DNA from: an uncultured archaeon
GTDB taxonomy: Archaea > Aenigmatarchaeota > Aenigmatarchaeia > QMZP01 > JACQNV01
DNA: 64,000 nt
Assembly: GCA_964410585.1 (NCBI GenBank)
Contig: CAYPFW010000002.1
Coordinates: 128,001-192,000, forward strand
Direction: 5' to 3'
Shown: piece after piece, positions 1-8,870 of the stretch
How the letters are laid out: each line of letters starts with the position of its first letter
Numbering within the stretch: position 1 is the first letter of the stretch
Made by a program: the position numbers and the translations under genes
The notes under the pieces: model-generated
What the model was told of the DNA's origin: nothing
What the model saw: only the letters and a program-made list of their open reading frames with translations
Databases searched by the model: none

Positions 1-911
1 GTGAGCATACCTCTTTGACCCATACTGAAGTTTTTGCTGAAAAATATCTGTCTCCACCTATCCATGAAGACTCTTGTGATCCCATATGCCCACCTCATTT
101 GCTGCTTCAAAAAGCTTCGAAGGCTGAAAGGCACTTCACCTGGAACAACGAGATTGTGTAGGTAAAGGCTCCTGTATCCTTTTTCAAGCAAAACAACAGA
201 AAGGTCTGCGTCCTCTGTTATGCTTTTTTGGTTCCATCCACCTGCTTCCAAAAGGACAGATTTTTTAATTGCCCCACCTGTACCGCAAAAGAAAGCAGCA
301 TTCATCTTATAGCTTATTGGCATTATGCAGTTGTGGTATATCATCAAAAGTATTGCAGCAAATTTCGAAACAATATTTGTATTGTAATTGACAAATCCCA
401 TCCTTGATTGAACAATTGCTGTTTTAGAATCATTCGCAAAAGGTGTCACAAGTTTCCTTAGAAAATTCCTGTTTGGAACAAAATCAGAATCAAAAATGCA
501 GATTATATCTCCTTTTGTGTGCGGCAGAACAGCGTTTAGGGCTCCTGGTTTAAATCCCTCCCTTGTTGCCCTTCTTATCAATTTAACTTGGTTTTTTCCC
601 TTGACATATTTGTCGAGGATTTTTTTTGTCAGAGGATCTGTGCTGTCATCTGCAACTATAATATCAAACTTGTTTTTTGGATAGTTGAATTTCAGACATT
701 TTTTGACACATCTTATTGCAACAGGATCGTTGTATACAGGTATTTGTATGGTGACTTTAGGAAGATCTATGTCTCTTATTTTGTTGAACGTGTATCTAGG
801 AAGCTTTGCAGCTATCGCAGTGAAGCCGAGAACATAGTAGAGTATAGAGAAAAATATGATTGGGATTAGTAATGCTTGGTAAATCAAAAGGTTAATTATG
901 TATATTTCCAT
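1..911 (-). CDS. Glycosyltransferase family 2, CesA/Csl-like (runs off the left edge)
   Basis: Read manually from ATG 911: N-terminal TM, PKVTIQIPVYND, DDS, FDSD, ITEDAD and QQMRW (QxxRW) motifs. Confidence 0.9.
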   Translation of the reverse strand, partial: MEIYIINLLIYQALLIPIIFFSILYYVLGFTAIAAKLPRYTFNKIRDIDLPKVTIQIPVYNDPVAIRCVKKCLKFNYPKNKFDIIVADDSTDPLTKKILDKYVKGKNQVKLIRRATREGFKPGALNAVLPHTKGDIICIFDSDFVPNRNFLRKLVTPFANDSKTAIVQSRMGFVNYNTNIVSKFAAILLMIYHNCIMPISYKMNAAFFCGTGGAIKKSVLLEAGGWNQKSITEDADLSVVLLEKGYRSLYLHNLVVPGEVPFSLRSFLKQQMRWAYGITRVFMDRWRQIFFSKNFSMGQRGML

Positions 912-943
912 AATATAGTTAGGTCGACCCAATATATGTCTTT

Positions 944-1687
944 CTATTCGCCACTTAGTGTAGAATTAGTTGTTTTATTTGTTGTATCATTCGATATGTT
1001 AGTTACATTAATGGAAGATTTGATGCTGGTCTGATTTTCTGGGCACGATATATTCAGGTTTTGGCACACAATTCCCTCTAATTTAGTTTCGTTTGTGAGG
1101 CTTCTGTATACATCGCTTCCTATAACAAGAGAAGGCGCGCTTTCAATTTGGTGGCTTTTTACAAGTGTCTGCACAAGGTTGTTTTTTACATCCTTATCAA
1201 CTGCATATGTGAATATTTTTTCCCTGTCTATTGATTTTATGCTTTCTAAAACAGCTTCCTGTGTCCTGCAATCTGTGCATGGGAATGAGTAGTAGTAAAG
1301 TATGGACAGGGAAGGGCTTTCGCAATTCTCTTTTATTGATGATTTCAATAGCCAAGCTCGAATAGAAAGTGTGCTGTATAGTTCTTTCAATTCATTGAAT
1401 TTTGAGTCTGTGCTTTCTGCACGTATATCGTTTGATATTGATTCCAACTTAGATGCAATTGTTGAGGAGAGAGATTGTAGAACAGCGCAGCTAGACTCCC
1501 CACTCAAGCTTAAAAGTATAAGCTCTTGCTGCTGGTTTTCAATGTCTGCTTTAATAGAAGCCAAATCCCTTTCCAAAGATTGTGAGAGATTTTGTTGTAT
1601 GTTCACGCCTGTGAAAATTCCAGCGACATAAAGTACAACAGAAAGAAATGCTGTGAATACGTATACTGCTTTCATTCCCATATACAA
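944..1687 (-). CDS. Membrane-anchored coiled-coil protein with thioredoxin-like CxxC domain
   Basis: N-terminal TM, coiled coil, YYYSFPCTDC followed by a SAPSLVI cis-Pro-like motif. Confidence 0.6.
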   Translation of the reverse strand: MYMGMKAVYVFTAFLSVVLYVAGIFTGVNIQQNLSQSLERDLASIKADIENQQQELILLSLSGESSCAVLQSLSSTIASKLESISNDIRAESTDSKFNELKELYSTLSIRAWLLKSSIKENCESPSLSILYYYSFPCTDCRTQEAVLESIKSIDREKIFTYAVDKDVKNNLVQTLVKSHQIESAPSLVIGSDVYRSLTNETKLEGIVCQNLNISCPENQTSIKSSINVTNISNDTTNKTTNSTLSGE

Positions 1688-1691
1688 TATA

Positions 1692-2684
1692 TTAGAATAG
1701 GCTTTTTATAATAAGCGTGCCATAGCTGCCCTTTGGAAGCTCGAAGGAAATACTAAGCTTCTTATTTTTGTTTATTTCGTCTTCTCCTATTTTCCAGGAA
1801 ACTCTTTTAGGGAAAACCAAAAAATCCCTTTCATCTCCCGGAAAGCTTATTTCTTTGAAAATATTTTTGAAGTCCTCGAGTTTAATGCCTTCTTTTTTTA
1901 GTAGCTTTTGGATATTTTTCTTTATTTTTGGATAGCTCTCCAATCTTGTTGCAAATCCAACAACCGGAATTTTAAAGTTAGATGTTTTTTCAGACGCCGA
2001 TTCCATAACATAAGATCTTGCCAGTGTATTCCACAAATAGGACTGGTAAGAGTTCACAAAAAGCATCTTCAAGTTTTTAGGCAAGCACTCTAAAGCGCCT
2101 TGAAAATCATTTGGGTTTTTGCCCAAATATTCTAATACTTTATTCTCCCATTGACCTTTGTTTTTCACAAACAGGTTAACAGCGGCCTCGAAATCTTTTT
2201 TAACCAAGTATTTGCCAATTAAATGGTTCTTTTTGGTCAGTCCAAATCTCTGCTCATCAAAAAGGTTTACAACACCCCTTTTTAGTTTTTCTATTCTTTT
2301 ATCCAATCCTCTAATGTCCTTTTTGAACAAATCTCTTACAACTATTTCAAACCTATTTCCCTTCAAATCCTTTGTTTCAATCCTTCTGTTGTTTTTGTCA
2401 AGGTTAGAGAGCTCAACATCTTTTATTTGTATTTTTTTCAAAACTTCTTCAGAAACTCTCCAAGCTGAAACTGTTTGGTAGGTAACAGCATTTTTGTCTT
2501 TCAATCCAACATATGAAAACCGATTTGTAGAGACGCCGCATTTTTTAGCCAATAGATCCAAAACCTTGAACAGTTCCCAATTTTTTTTCTTCAAAGTAAA
2601 CCAAGTATACTCGCCCTCGCCAATTGGTTTTTTAGAAACAATTTCTTTGACAATGAAATCTTCTGGGAGTTGTTTGATTTTCAT
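1692..2684 (-). CDS. truD: tRNA pseudouridine(13) synthase TruD
   Basis: PEDFIVKE, GLKDKNAVT, GNRFEI, QRFG, FELPKGSYGT motifs. Confidence 0.95.
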   Translation of the reverse strand: MKIKQLPEDFIVKEIVSKKPIGEGEYTWFTLKKKNWELFKVLDLLAKKCGVSTNRFSYVGLKDKNAVTYQTVSAWRVSEEVLKKIQIKDVELSNLDKNNRRIETKDLKGNRFEIVVRDLFKKDIRGLDKRIEKLKRGVVNLFDEQRFGLTKKNHLIGKYLVKKDFEAAVNLFVKNKGQWENKVLEYLGKNPNDFQGALECLPKNLKMLFVNSYQSYLWNTLARSYVMESASEKTSNFKIPVVGFATRLESYPKIKKNIQKLLKKEGIKLEDFKNIFKEISFPGDERDFLVFPKRVSWKIGEDEINKNKKLSISFELPKGSYGTLIIKSLF

Positions 2685-2738
2685 ATTTGAATATTATTTT
2701 TCTTTATGTACGGCTCTCTTTCTTTTTCTAAAAGAAAT
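2685..2738 (-). repeat. Dispersed palindromic repeat family R1, copy in eIF6-truD spacer
   Basis: Minus strand TTTCTTTTAGAAAAAGAAAGAGAGCCGTACATAAAGAAAAATAATATTCAAAT resembles copies at 60301, 47455, 60975, 61147. Confidence 0.75.
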
Positions 2739-2743
2739 AATAA

Positions 2744-3397
2744 TTACACAAATCCTAAAATATCTGATATCCTCTCCAACTCGGGTCCAGATGTTTGGAA
2801 ACCAACTAATAAACCGGATGAATTTGTAATGACCCCAGATTTTACGTAAGAATATCCGAAATTCACAGTTGCTGGTCCTGATTTAACTTTCAAAACATCT
2901 TCCAAAACTCTTTGCTCATGTTCAGTGATGTTCTTTGCAGTTAAGCATCCTTTATTATTGGCCGCTCCATATGTTCCAACTAAGTCTATTCCAAAAATTG
3001 TTGATATTTCTGTCTTCACACCAAGGAAATCCTGTATCTTATTTTTTTGATAAGCCAATTTTTCTGATATCAGGCACCCTTTATCATTTGCCAAAACAAG
3101 GTTACCCAAGGCTGTATGCCTTCCCTCCAAAACAAGCACATTTGCCTGCTTTTTCAAGCTTTCCAATTCCCTGTTTCTTATGATTTCAGGGACAAGTATA
3201 CCATTTGAATTTCCAGCGCAAAATATTCCTGGAAGGTCTGTACCAGAGATTTTGTTTTGGATAATTTTTACATTTAGTGCTTCGTGTAATTTGTCTGCCT
3301 CTTTCTTCATTACTTCGCCAACTAAACAATATCCATCAGTAGCAAAGGCATAGAGTCCTATGTTCGGATCATTGCTAAAGGCCAATTTATCGATCAT
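2744..3397 (-). CDS. eif6: Translation initiation factor 6 (aIF6)
   Basis: PNIGLY, ALGNLVLANDKG, TVNFG, TSGPELERI. Confidence 0.95.
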   Translation of the reverse strand: MIDKLAFSNDPNIGLYAFATDGYCLVGEVMKKEADKLHEALNVKIIQNKISGTDLPGIFCAGNSNGILVPEIIRNRELESLKKQANVLVLEGRHTALGNLVLANDKGCLISEKLAYQKNKIQDFLGVKTEISTIFGIDLVGTYGAANNKGCLTAKNITEHEQRVLEDVLKVKSGPATVNFGYSYVKSGVITNSSGLLVGFQTSGPELERISDILGFV

Positions 3398-3433
3398 ATC
3401 GGTTCTTTTAATTTATTAGTTTAAATATTGAGC

Positions 3434-4111
3434 ATGAGAGCTACATACAACCATTTGGCAGAGAATTATGATTTGAGGCAGGATAATCCAGCAACAAGAC
3501 TACTCAGGAAAAAAGAAGAAGCTTTGATAAGAAGGTTTTCTAAAGGAATGGTTTTGGACCTTGGTTGTGGTACAGGAGCTCATTTGACTCTTGTTGAAAA
3601 TTCAATTGGTTTGGACATTTCAGAAAAAATGCTCAAAAAAGCAAAATCAAAAAGCAAGCCTCTGACCCAAGGAAACATTGAAAGTCTTCCAATAAAACCA
3701 AATTCCTTTGATTCTGTTTTCTGTTTTTATTCTACATTAAACATGGTAGATTTAGAAAAATCCTCTGAACAAATATCTAGAACATTAAAAACAAATGGGA
3801 AGATAATAATTTCAGTAGTTAGCGTAAATGATATTGATGATTATAGATCATCTCCAGAAAACAAAATAAAAAAATTTAGGTTGGAGGGAAAACCAGTAAA
3901 CATGAGGCTCTTCGAGAAGGAGGAAGTTGCTGAGGCTTTTCAAAAATTGGGACTAAAGCTTGTATATTTCAATTCAATCTTTAGGACACAGACTCCTAGA
4001 TGGGGAAACTTCCAAAAATATTCTTTTTTTGAAAAATTAAAACTAAAAACAGAATGCGTTTTTCCAAAGAAATGGGGAAGGATCTACTTGATGGTTTTCA
4101 GTAAAATCTAG
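3434..4111 (+). CDS. Class I SAM-dependent methyltransferase
   Basis: VLDLGCGTG, GLDISEKML, FDSV motifs. Confidence 0.9.
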   Translation: MRATYNHLAENYDLRQDNPATRLLRKKEEALIRRFSKGMVLDLGCGTGAHLTLVENSIGLDISEKMLKKAKSKSKPLTQGNIESLPIKPNSFDSVFCFYSTLNMVDLEKSSEQISRTLKTNGKIIISVVSVNDIDDYRSSPENKIKKFRLEGKPVNMRLFEKEEVAEAFQKLGLKLVYFNSIFRTQTPRWGNFQKYSFFEKLKLKTECVFPKKWGRIYLMVFSKI

Positions 4112-5079
4112 TCCTTCAACATTTTCTTAAAATTTTCTATTAAAGGCACAGGTGTTGGGTCTGTTTTATATTCCAAAGCCAGGAAATAGCTGATCCAATC
4201 TCCAAGATAAATGGTTGTTATTAACTTCTCCAGAAAATTGTCTCCAGAAACATCTATGTATATTGATTCTATTTTGTTTTCAAGAGCTAGTTTTTTAACA
4301 ACAACCATTCTTTTTCTGACCATTTTATAGTCTTCTTCATCTTTCAAAAAAACAAAAGCAAAGTTCCCTTTTGGATTTATAATACCATTTATCTCATTGT
4401 GGTTGTGCTCAGGAAACACATTACAGAAGGCCATTGTTTTTGCGTTTTCGTTGATGTTTATTTTCCATTTGTATGCTGCAGCTTTCAGCCTTTCTGAAGA
4501 ATAAATTATTGGAACTTTATTTACCAAACTTTTGGAGATGCTTCTTGCTTTTTCTTCTAAATTCAAACTTCTCATTTTGGTTTCTAATTTTTCAATAATT
4601 TCCTTCTGGTTTTCCACAAGCCCGGAGTTTTCCAATACACCAAGCATGGAGAAAAACTGGTAGCAGTAAGACATCCTCGGTTGGATAGTTTCAGGTATTT
4701 TTATAATGGGGCTTTTTCCTGTAGCTAATTTTTCGAGCTGTCCTCCATATGTTAAAACAACACAATTTAATTTTCTTTCAAGAGCTTGATTGTATGCTTC
4801 TAGTGTTTCTTCTGTGTTCCCAGAATAGCTTACAATAAAAAGAAGCGTTTTGTTGTCCAAAAAATTAGGGAGTTGATAATCCTTTAAAGTGAAAATTGGG
4901 ATTTTAGATGAAGATAGGTAAGATTTCAAAATCTCTCCACCAAGGCCGCTTCCACCCATGCCTGCAATAGCAATCTTATCAACACCATTTATTTTTACAC
5001 CTTTAGCAAGTTTATAGCCTTCTATAACCTGTTTATGTATCTCTTTTAGTGCAGAATACATGTTTAGACTGTCAATCAT
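4108..5079 (-). CDS. Bifunctional phosphoglucose/phosphomannose isomerase
   Basis: GMGGSG, SYSGNTEET, QPR, NENAK, PEHNHNEI; start set to MIDSLNM. Confidence 0.93.
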   Translation of the reverse strand: MIDSLNMYSALKEIHKQVIEGYKLAKGVKINGVDKIAIAGMGGSGLGGEILKSYLSSSKIPIFTLKDYQLPNFLDNKTLLFIVSYSGNTEETLEAYNQALERKLNCVVLTYGGQLEKLATGKSPIIKIPETIQPRMSYCYQFFSMLGVLENSGLVENQKEIIEKLETKMRSLNLEEKARSISKSLVNKVPIIYSSERLKAAAYKWKININENAKTMAFCNVFPEHNHNEINGIINPKGNFAFVFLKDEEDYKMVRKRMVVVKKLALENKIESIYIDVSGDNFLEKLITTIYLGDWISYFLALEYKTDPTPVPLIENFKKMLKD

Positions 5080-5098
5080 AGAAAGAGTTAGCAAATGA

Positions 5099-5926
5099 CT
5101 ATTTAACCAATTTCCTAAATTCTGCTTCCACAACAACATGATAAACATTCGGCGCGTAATCTTTCACAATTTTCTTCTCCAAAACTTTGTCCAGTCTGAA
5201 CCCATTTTCTTTTGCTGATTTTTCCAAATTTTTCAGAGGTTTGTCCCAAAGTTCTTTTTTTGAAAAAATATTGTGATAGACAATGATTCCTCTATCTTTC
5301 AAAAATCCAAAAGCTGATGGAAGGAATTTGTCTGTCCCTGGAAAATATCCCATTAAAACTCTATCTGCCTTATGTGGGATTTTGGTTTTCCTGCAGTCCC
5401 CGTATATCGGTTCTATATTTTTTATTTTGTTTAACCTAACATTTTCAACAAGATAGTCAAAGGCTGTTTTGTTCTTCTCAATTGAGTAAATTTTCTCAGT
5501 GTTTGTGTATTTGGCCAAATTTAGGGAAAAGTATCCGATCCCGGCAAACATATCAACAATAATTTCGCCTGGTTTTATTTTTTCCAAGAGCCTTTTCCTC
5601 TCTAAAAGGTTTCCTTTTGAAAACATTATTTTAGAAACATCAATTTTGTAAAAAATTCCGTTTTCCTTGTGTATGGTTTCTGTTGTTTTACCAAGCAAAA
5701 TTTTCAATTTAGGCTTCCTGAATTCTCCAGAAACTTGTTTTATTTCGCAAACAGTTTTTATGTATGGAAGAAGCTTCTGCGAAGCCGCTGCTATCTGTTT
5801 TTTCTGTTTCAATATTTTGATTTTGGAGAGCTTTAGAAGAAGTATATCTCCAATAATTTGATAAGAAGATGGTAGAAGTTTAGAATCAATTTTTGTAAGC
5901 TCGGAAAGTTTTTCCTTAAAGGACAT
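5099..5926 (-). CDS. taw2: Taw2/Trm5 family SAM-dependent tRNA-modifying enzyme
   Basis: IIGDI, TIHKENG, MFSKGN, DMFAGIGYF, ADRVLMG. Confidence 0.8.
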   Translation of the reverse strand: MSFKEKLSELTKIDSKLLPSSYQIIGDILLLKLSKIKILKQKKQIAAASQKLLPYIKTVCEIKQVSGEFRKPKLKILLGKTTETIHKENGIFYKIDVSKIMFSKGNLLERKRLLEKIKPGEIIVDMFAGIGYFSLNLAKYTNTEKIYSIEKNKTAFDYLVENVRLNKIKNIEPIYGDCRKTKIPHKADRVLMGYFPGTDKFLPSAFGFLKDRGIIVYHNIFSKKELWDKPLKNLEKSAKENGFRLDKVLEKKIVKDYAPNVYHVVVEAEFRKLVK

Positions 5927-5982
5927 AATATAGCTTGACACATCTTTTCGATCTTAATACTAAAGATATGTCCAATTGTTAA

Positions 5983-6474
5983 TTATTTTTTCTCTTCTGT
6001 TTTTGGCTTAGCAGCCTGTTTTGCTTCTGGTTTTGGTTGAATCTTATGTTCTTCTTTCTTTTCTTGTGTTGGTTTTGCCGAAGCCTCAGAACCATCCTCT
6101 TTTTTCTTTTTGAATTCCTCGAGTTCTTTCTTTTCTTCTGATGTAAGAGGAGCTTGTTCACCTTTCTTTCCAAGAAGCTTTTCCTTCAAAGTCTTTTTAA
6201 CTTCTTTTGGTTTCATTTTTTCATCTGGTAGAAGAACATTGACAACAGGTCCGTCCTTTATTGCTTTTACTTGTATTTTTCCAGGAACCCACTTTGAGCC
6301 ACTCTGGTGAAGGAATTGGTTTATTCCACTGGATATTTTGACATCCTCTGCTTTCATGTGCCTGTAGAAATATGCTCTTATAGCATTTGCTGCAGCTGTG
6401 TGCCTTTTTAATTTGGGCCTGTCTATCCAACTCTTCTTCAATGGAACTGTCAATAATTTCTCTTCAATAGCCAT
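5983..6474 (-). CDS. rpl31e: 50S ribosomal protein L31e with Lys/Glu-rich C-terminal tail
   Basis: TVPL..R...A...IR.Y..RHMK..VKI...IN pattern; lies directly after rpl39e. Confidence 0.85.
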   Translation of the reverse strand: MAIEEKLLTVPLKKSWIDRPKLKRHTAAANAIRAYFYRHMKAEDVKISSGINQFLHQSGSKWVPGKIQVKAIKDGPVVNVLLPDEKMKPKEVKKTLKEKLLGKKGEQAPLTSEEKKELEEFKKKKEDGSEASAKPTQEKKEEHKIQPKPEAKQAAKPKTEEKK

Positions 6475-6475
6475 A

Positions 6476-6646
6476 CTAAACCTTTAGTTTGCTCTTCCTC
6501 CAATGTTTTACTTCGTTGACTCTTATTCTTCTTGATCGTGCCCTTTTAAGGCTGAACTTTTTGATGTCTGCCCATCTTGGAGCTGACCTAGATTTGCCTA
6601 ATTTAATTAGTTTCTTCTTTTTTCCAGATGTCTTATTTCTTCCCAT
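6476..6646 (-). CDS. rpl39e: 50S ribosomal protein L39e (missed by ORF track)
   Basis: MGRNKTSGKKKKLIKLGKSRSAPRWADIKK...KHWRKSKLKV, 56 aa; conserved operon position. Confidence 0.9.
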   Translation of the reverse strand: MGRNKTSGKKKKLIKLGKSRSAPRWADIKKFSLKRARSRRIRVNEVKHWRKSKLKV

Positions 6647-6740
6647 AACCTCTTATCCTAAAAGGTTAATCAAAACAGGAGGCTAAAATTTTCCTCAGTT
6701 AGCTTCGGAAAATTTTTAAACGCCTTCCACGACTAACCCT

Positions 6741-7010
6741 TCAGCGAAATTTAATATTAAAGTCTTTTTTTCCAGCTTGGAGCATTTGTAAAACCTGTTT
6801 CATTTGCTCATCTGTTATTTGTGACTGGATTTTGCCTGATTGAACAAGTTGAATCAAATATAACTCAACTTGGCCTGCTAATTGAGGGTTTACGAGCTTT
6901 ACTCTGTTTATCCTCTCAAATGCTTCCTTATCTAATATGGAAGTCAAAACTTTTTTTTTCATTTCCTCCAGTTGCTTCATTTGTTCTGGAGTTATCTGAT
7001 CTTCTCCCAT
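6741..7010 (-). CDS. PDCD5-family dsDNA-binding protein
   Basis: ILDKEAFERINRVKLVNPQLA..VE..LIQL; follows rps19e. Confidence 0.9.
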   Translation of the reverse strand: MGEDQITPEQMKQLEEMKKKVLTSILDKEAFERINRVKLVNPQLAGQVELYLIQLVQSGKIQSQITDEQMKQVLQMLQAGKKDFNIKFR

Positions 7011-7011
7011 A

Positions 7012-7443
7012 TTAAGATGAAAGTGTTTTTGCTGTTTCGTTTAAAAGTGATATTCCTTTCTTGTTTAATTTTCTTCCAAGCACTTTTCCCTTTTCATTTT
7101 TCTGTAAATCTAAATATCCTGCTTTTTGCATCTGACCCATTATTGTCCTTATTACCTTTCCAGACCCTGGGAATTTGTGCTCTGGTTTATGTCCTCTATT
7201 TTTCCTTCCACCATAAACTTTCCTAAGCCTGTTCACACCAATTCCTGGCTCCAAATAAAGTTTTCTAAATAAGCTTGCAGCTCTCAAATACCACCAATTG
7301 CTTTGTGTAGGCGGCCTTTGCTTGCTTGTGCCTGTTTTGACATAGCTAGCCCATTCTGGTTTTTTGAATTCCTGCATTTTTTCCAGCTTTTCAGCTAAGC
7401 TGTTTATCAAATTTTGCGTGTCAACGTCTTTCACAGATACCAT
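7012..7443 (-). CDS. rps19e: 30S ribosomal protein S19e
   Basis: PEWASYVKTG, WWYLRAAS, YGGRKNRG. Confidence 0.97.
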   Translation of the reverse strand: MVSVKDVDTQNLINSLAEKLEKMQEFKKPEWASYVKTGTSKQRPPTQSNWWYLRAASLFRKLYLEPGIGVNRLRKVYGGRKNRGHKPEHKFPGSGKVIRTIMGQMQKAGYLDLQKNEKGKVLGRKLNKKGISLLNETAKTLSS

Positions 7444-7458
7444 ATATCTCCATTATAT

Positions 7459-7815
7459 TCAATTTGCTCTTTTTAAATGTTTTTTGGCTGCTTTTTCCCT
7501 CCTATAAGGAAATCTTATCTTTTTTCCGCATTCTTTGCACAAAACTTCAACTGCTTTCTGTTTAGTGTTTGCCCTGTGCACAGAGTTTACCCCAGGGACA
7601 AGATAGGATTTGCAGTGTTTGCAAAATTTTCTTTTGAGTTCTTTTTGAATCTTGACATTGTATCTCATGCCAATTTTTCTGGCCAATTCAACATACCTGT
7701 TTGCATATTTTTTGTTTTCCTTGAATTCTTTTTCAGCTAAATCGAAAAGGATTGCTATTCTTTCTTTTGCTATGTCTGTTTGCCATTTTGGCTTATCTCT
7801 ATTTCTGCGATCCAT
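7459..7815 (-). CDS. rnp4: Ribonuclease P protein Rpp21
   Basis: IAKERI..LF, RYVELARKI, CKHC...CKECG zinc ribbon. Confidence 0.93.
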   Translation of the reverse strand: MDRRNRDKPKWQTDIAKERIAILFDLAEKEFKENKKYANRYVELARKIGMRYNVKIQKELKRKFCKHCKSYLVPGVNSVHRANTKQKAVEVLCKECGKKIRFPYRREKAAKKHLKRAN

Positions 7816-7850
7816 AGGTAAATAGAATTAGTTGCTTATGATTTGTATCC

Positions 7851-8129
7851 TAGTTTTCTTTGGGGTACCTTACCACTTTCTTTTTCGTGTCTCCTCTTTG
7901 CAAAGTTGACACGAGATCAGTGTCTCAGCAATGCAATGGACACTGAGACATCTCATCATCCAATATACTCTGTGAGATGCTGATTGAGTGAGCAACAGCG
8001 AACTCCTGATACAGAAACTGATCCGCAGATCAGTTTCCAGCTACGACTGTGCTCACTGCTCATGTGCTGTTGCACATGACATCTCGTCATCTCTTACACC
8101 GGCGAGATGCCGATCTAAAAGAAAGGGGT
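7851..8129 (-). repeat. Composite nested palindromic element (R1 copy with ~230 nt structured insert)
   Basis: R1 halves at 7851-7885 and 8115-8129 enclose several hairpins, e.g. GAAACTGATC-CGCA-GATCAGTTTC and CATGTGC-TGTT-GCACATG. Confidence 0.75.
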
Positions 8130-8566
8130 TAGACTCTTTTCAAAATAATACCGCCAGCTCCGCGTGCTGCGAAATTGTGCATAATATCTGCAATAGAATT
8201 CACAATGCCATCTGCTTCCCACGCTTTTAGTTTTATTTCTTCAGGCTCCAAGACTTCAACACTAGAAGGGCCATAGTTCATTGCAACAAAAACAAGCCTT
8301 TCATAGCCTTCAGTCAACACCTCTAATTCAACTACATATGAATAGGCTTCTGGAACATTTGGAAATGGCTTTTCCACTTTTCTTGATTCTTTCCAGTCTA
8401 TTTTAGAAAGCAAAACGCCTTTTTCATTCTCGAGTTTCTGGACGTGTTTTTGCAAAGCATCCTTGGCAGCTTCTTCGTTTATCGCCATGACCTCGATAAA
8501 CATCTGTGACCTTATCCATCCATCCTTCATTTTTTGCTTTACGATGTCTTTGATGTCTTTGCTCAT
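8129..8566 (-). CDS. Hypothetical protein
   Basis: 145 aa ORF with host-like composition and upstream TATA. Confidence 0.75.
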   Translation of the reverse strand: MSKDIKDIVKQKMKDGWIRSQMFIEVMAINEEAAKDALQKHVQKLENEKGVLLSKIDWKESRKVEKPFPNVPEAYSYVVELEVLTEGYERLVFVAMNYGPSSVEVLEPEEIKLKAWEADGIVNSIADIMHNFAARGAGGIILKRV

Positions 8567-8596
8567 ATGCCAAGTATTAATTTCAAATTATATAAA

Positions 8597-8671
8597 TGGG
8601 GTTACCCGGATTTGAACCGGGGTCGGACGCTCCCAAGGCGCCAATCCTAAGCCAAGCTAGACGATAACCCC
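8597..8671 (-). tRNA. tRNA-Pro(TGG), no intron
   Basis: GGGGTTA/TAACCCC acceptor, GGCGC-CTTGGGA-GCGTC anticodon arm, GGTTCAAATCC T arm. Confidence 0.95.
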
Positions 8672-8714
8672 ATATATCTAAAGGATTTATTCTTATTGTT
8701 TTAAATAGTAATAT

Positions 8715-8855
8715 ATGAATATGGATCAGATGATTTCTACCTTAGAAACCGCTCTTATAGAATGTGGATACTGTGGAGCAAAAAATTTTAAAAGTACATG
8801 CGCAGAAATGTCTTACAAAACTTGTTCTAGGTGTTTGGGATCTTTGAAAATTTAA
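8715..8855 (+). CDS. Small zinc-ribbon protein, 46 aa (missed by ORF track)
   Basis: MNMDQ...ECGYCG...TCSRCLGSLKI, two CxxC, TATA-like TTTAAATA upstream. Confidence 0.55.
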   Translation: MNMDQMISTLETALIECGYCGAKNFKSTCAEMSYKTCSRCLGSLKI

Positions 8856-8870
8856 GCTTTTTTATTAAAA

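Noticed and set aside
7886-8116. RNase P or SRP RNA beside Rpp21; also the 80 aa ORF at 7988
   Set aside because: No CR-I/CR-V or SRP helix 8 motifs; the ORF crosses hairpins and overlaps an antisense gene
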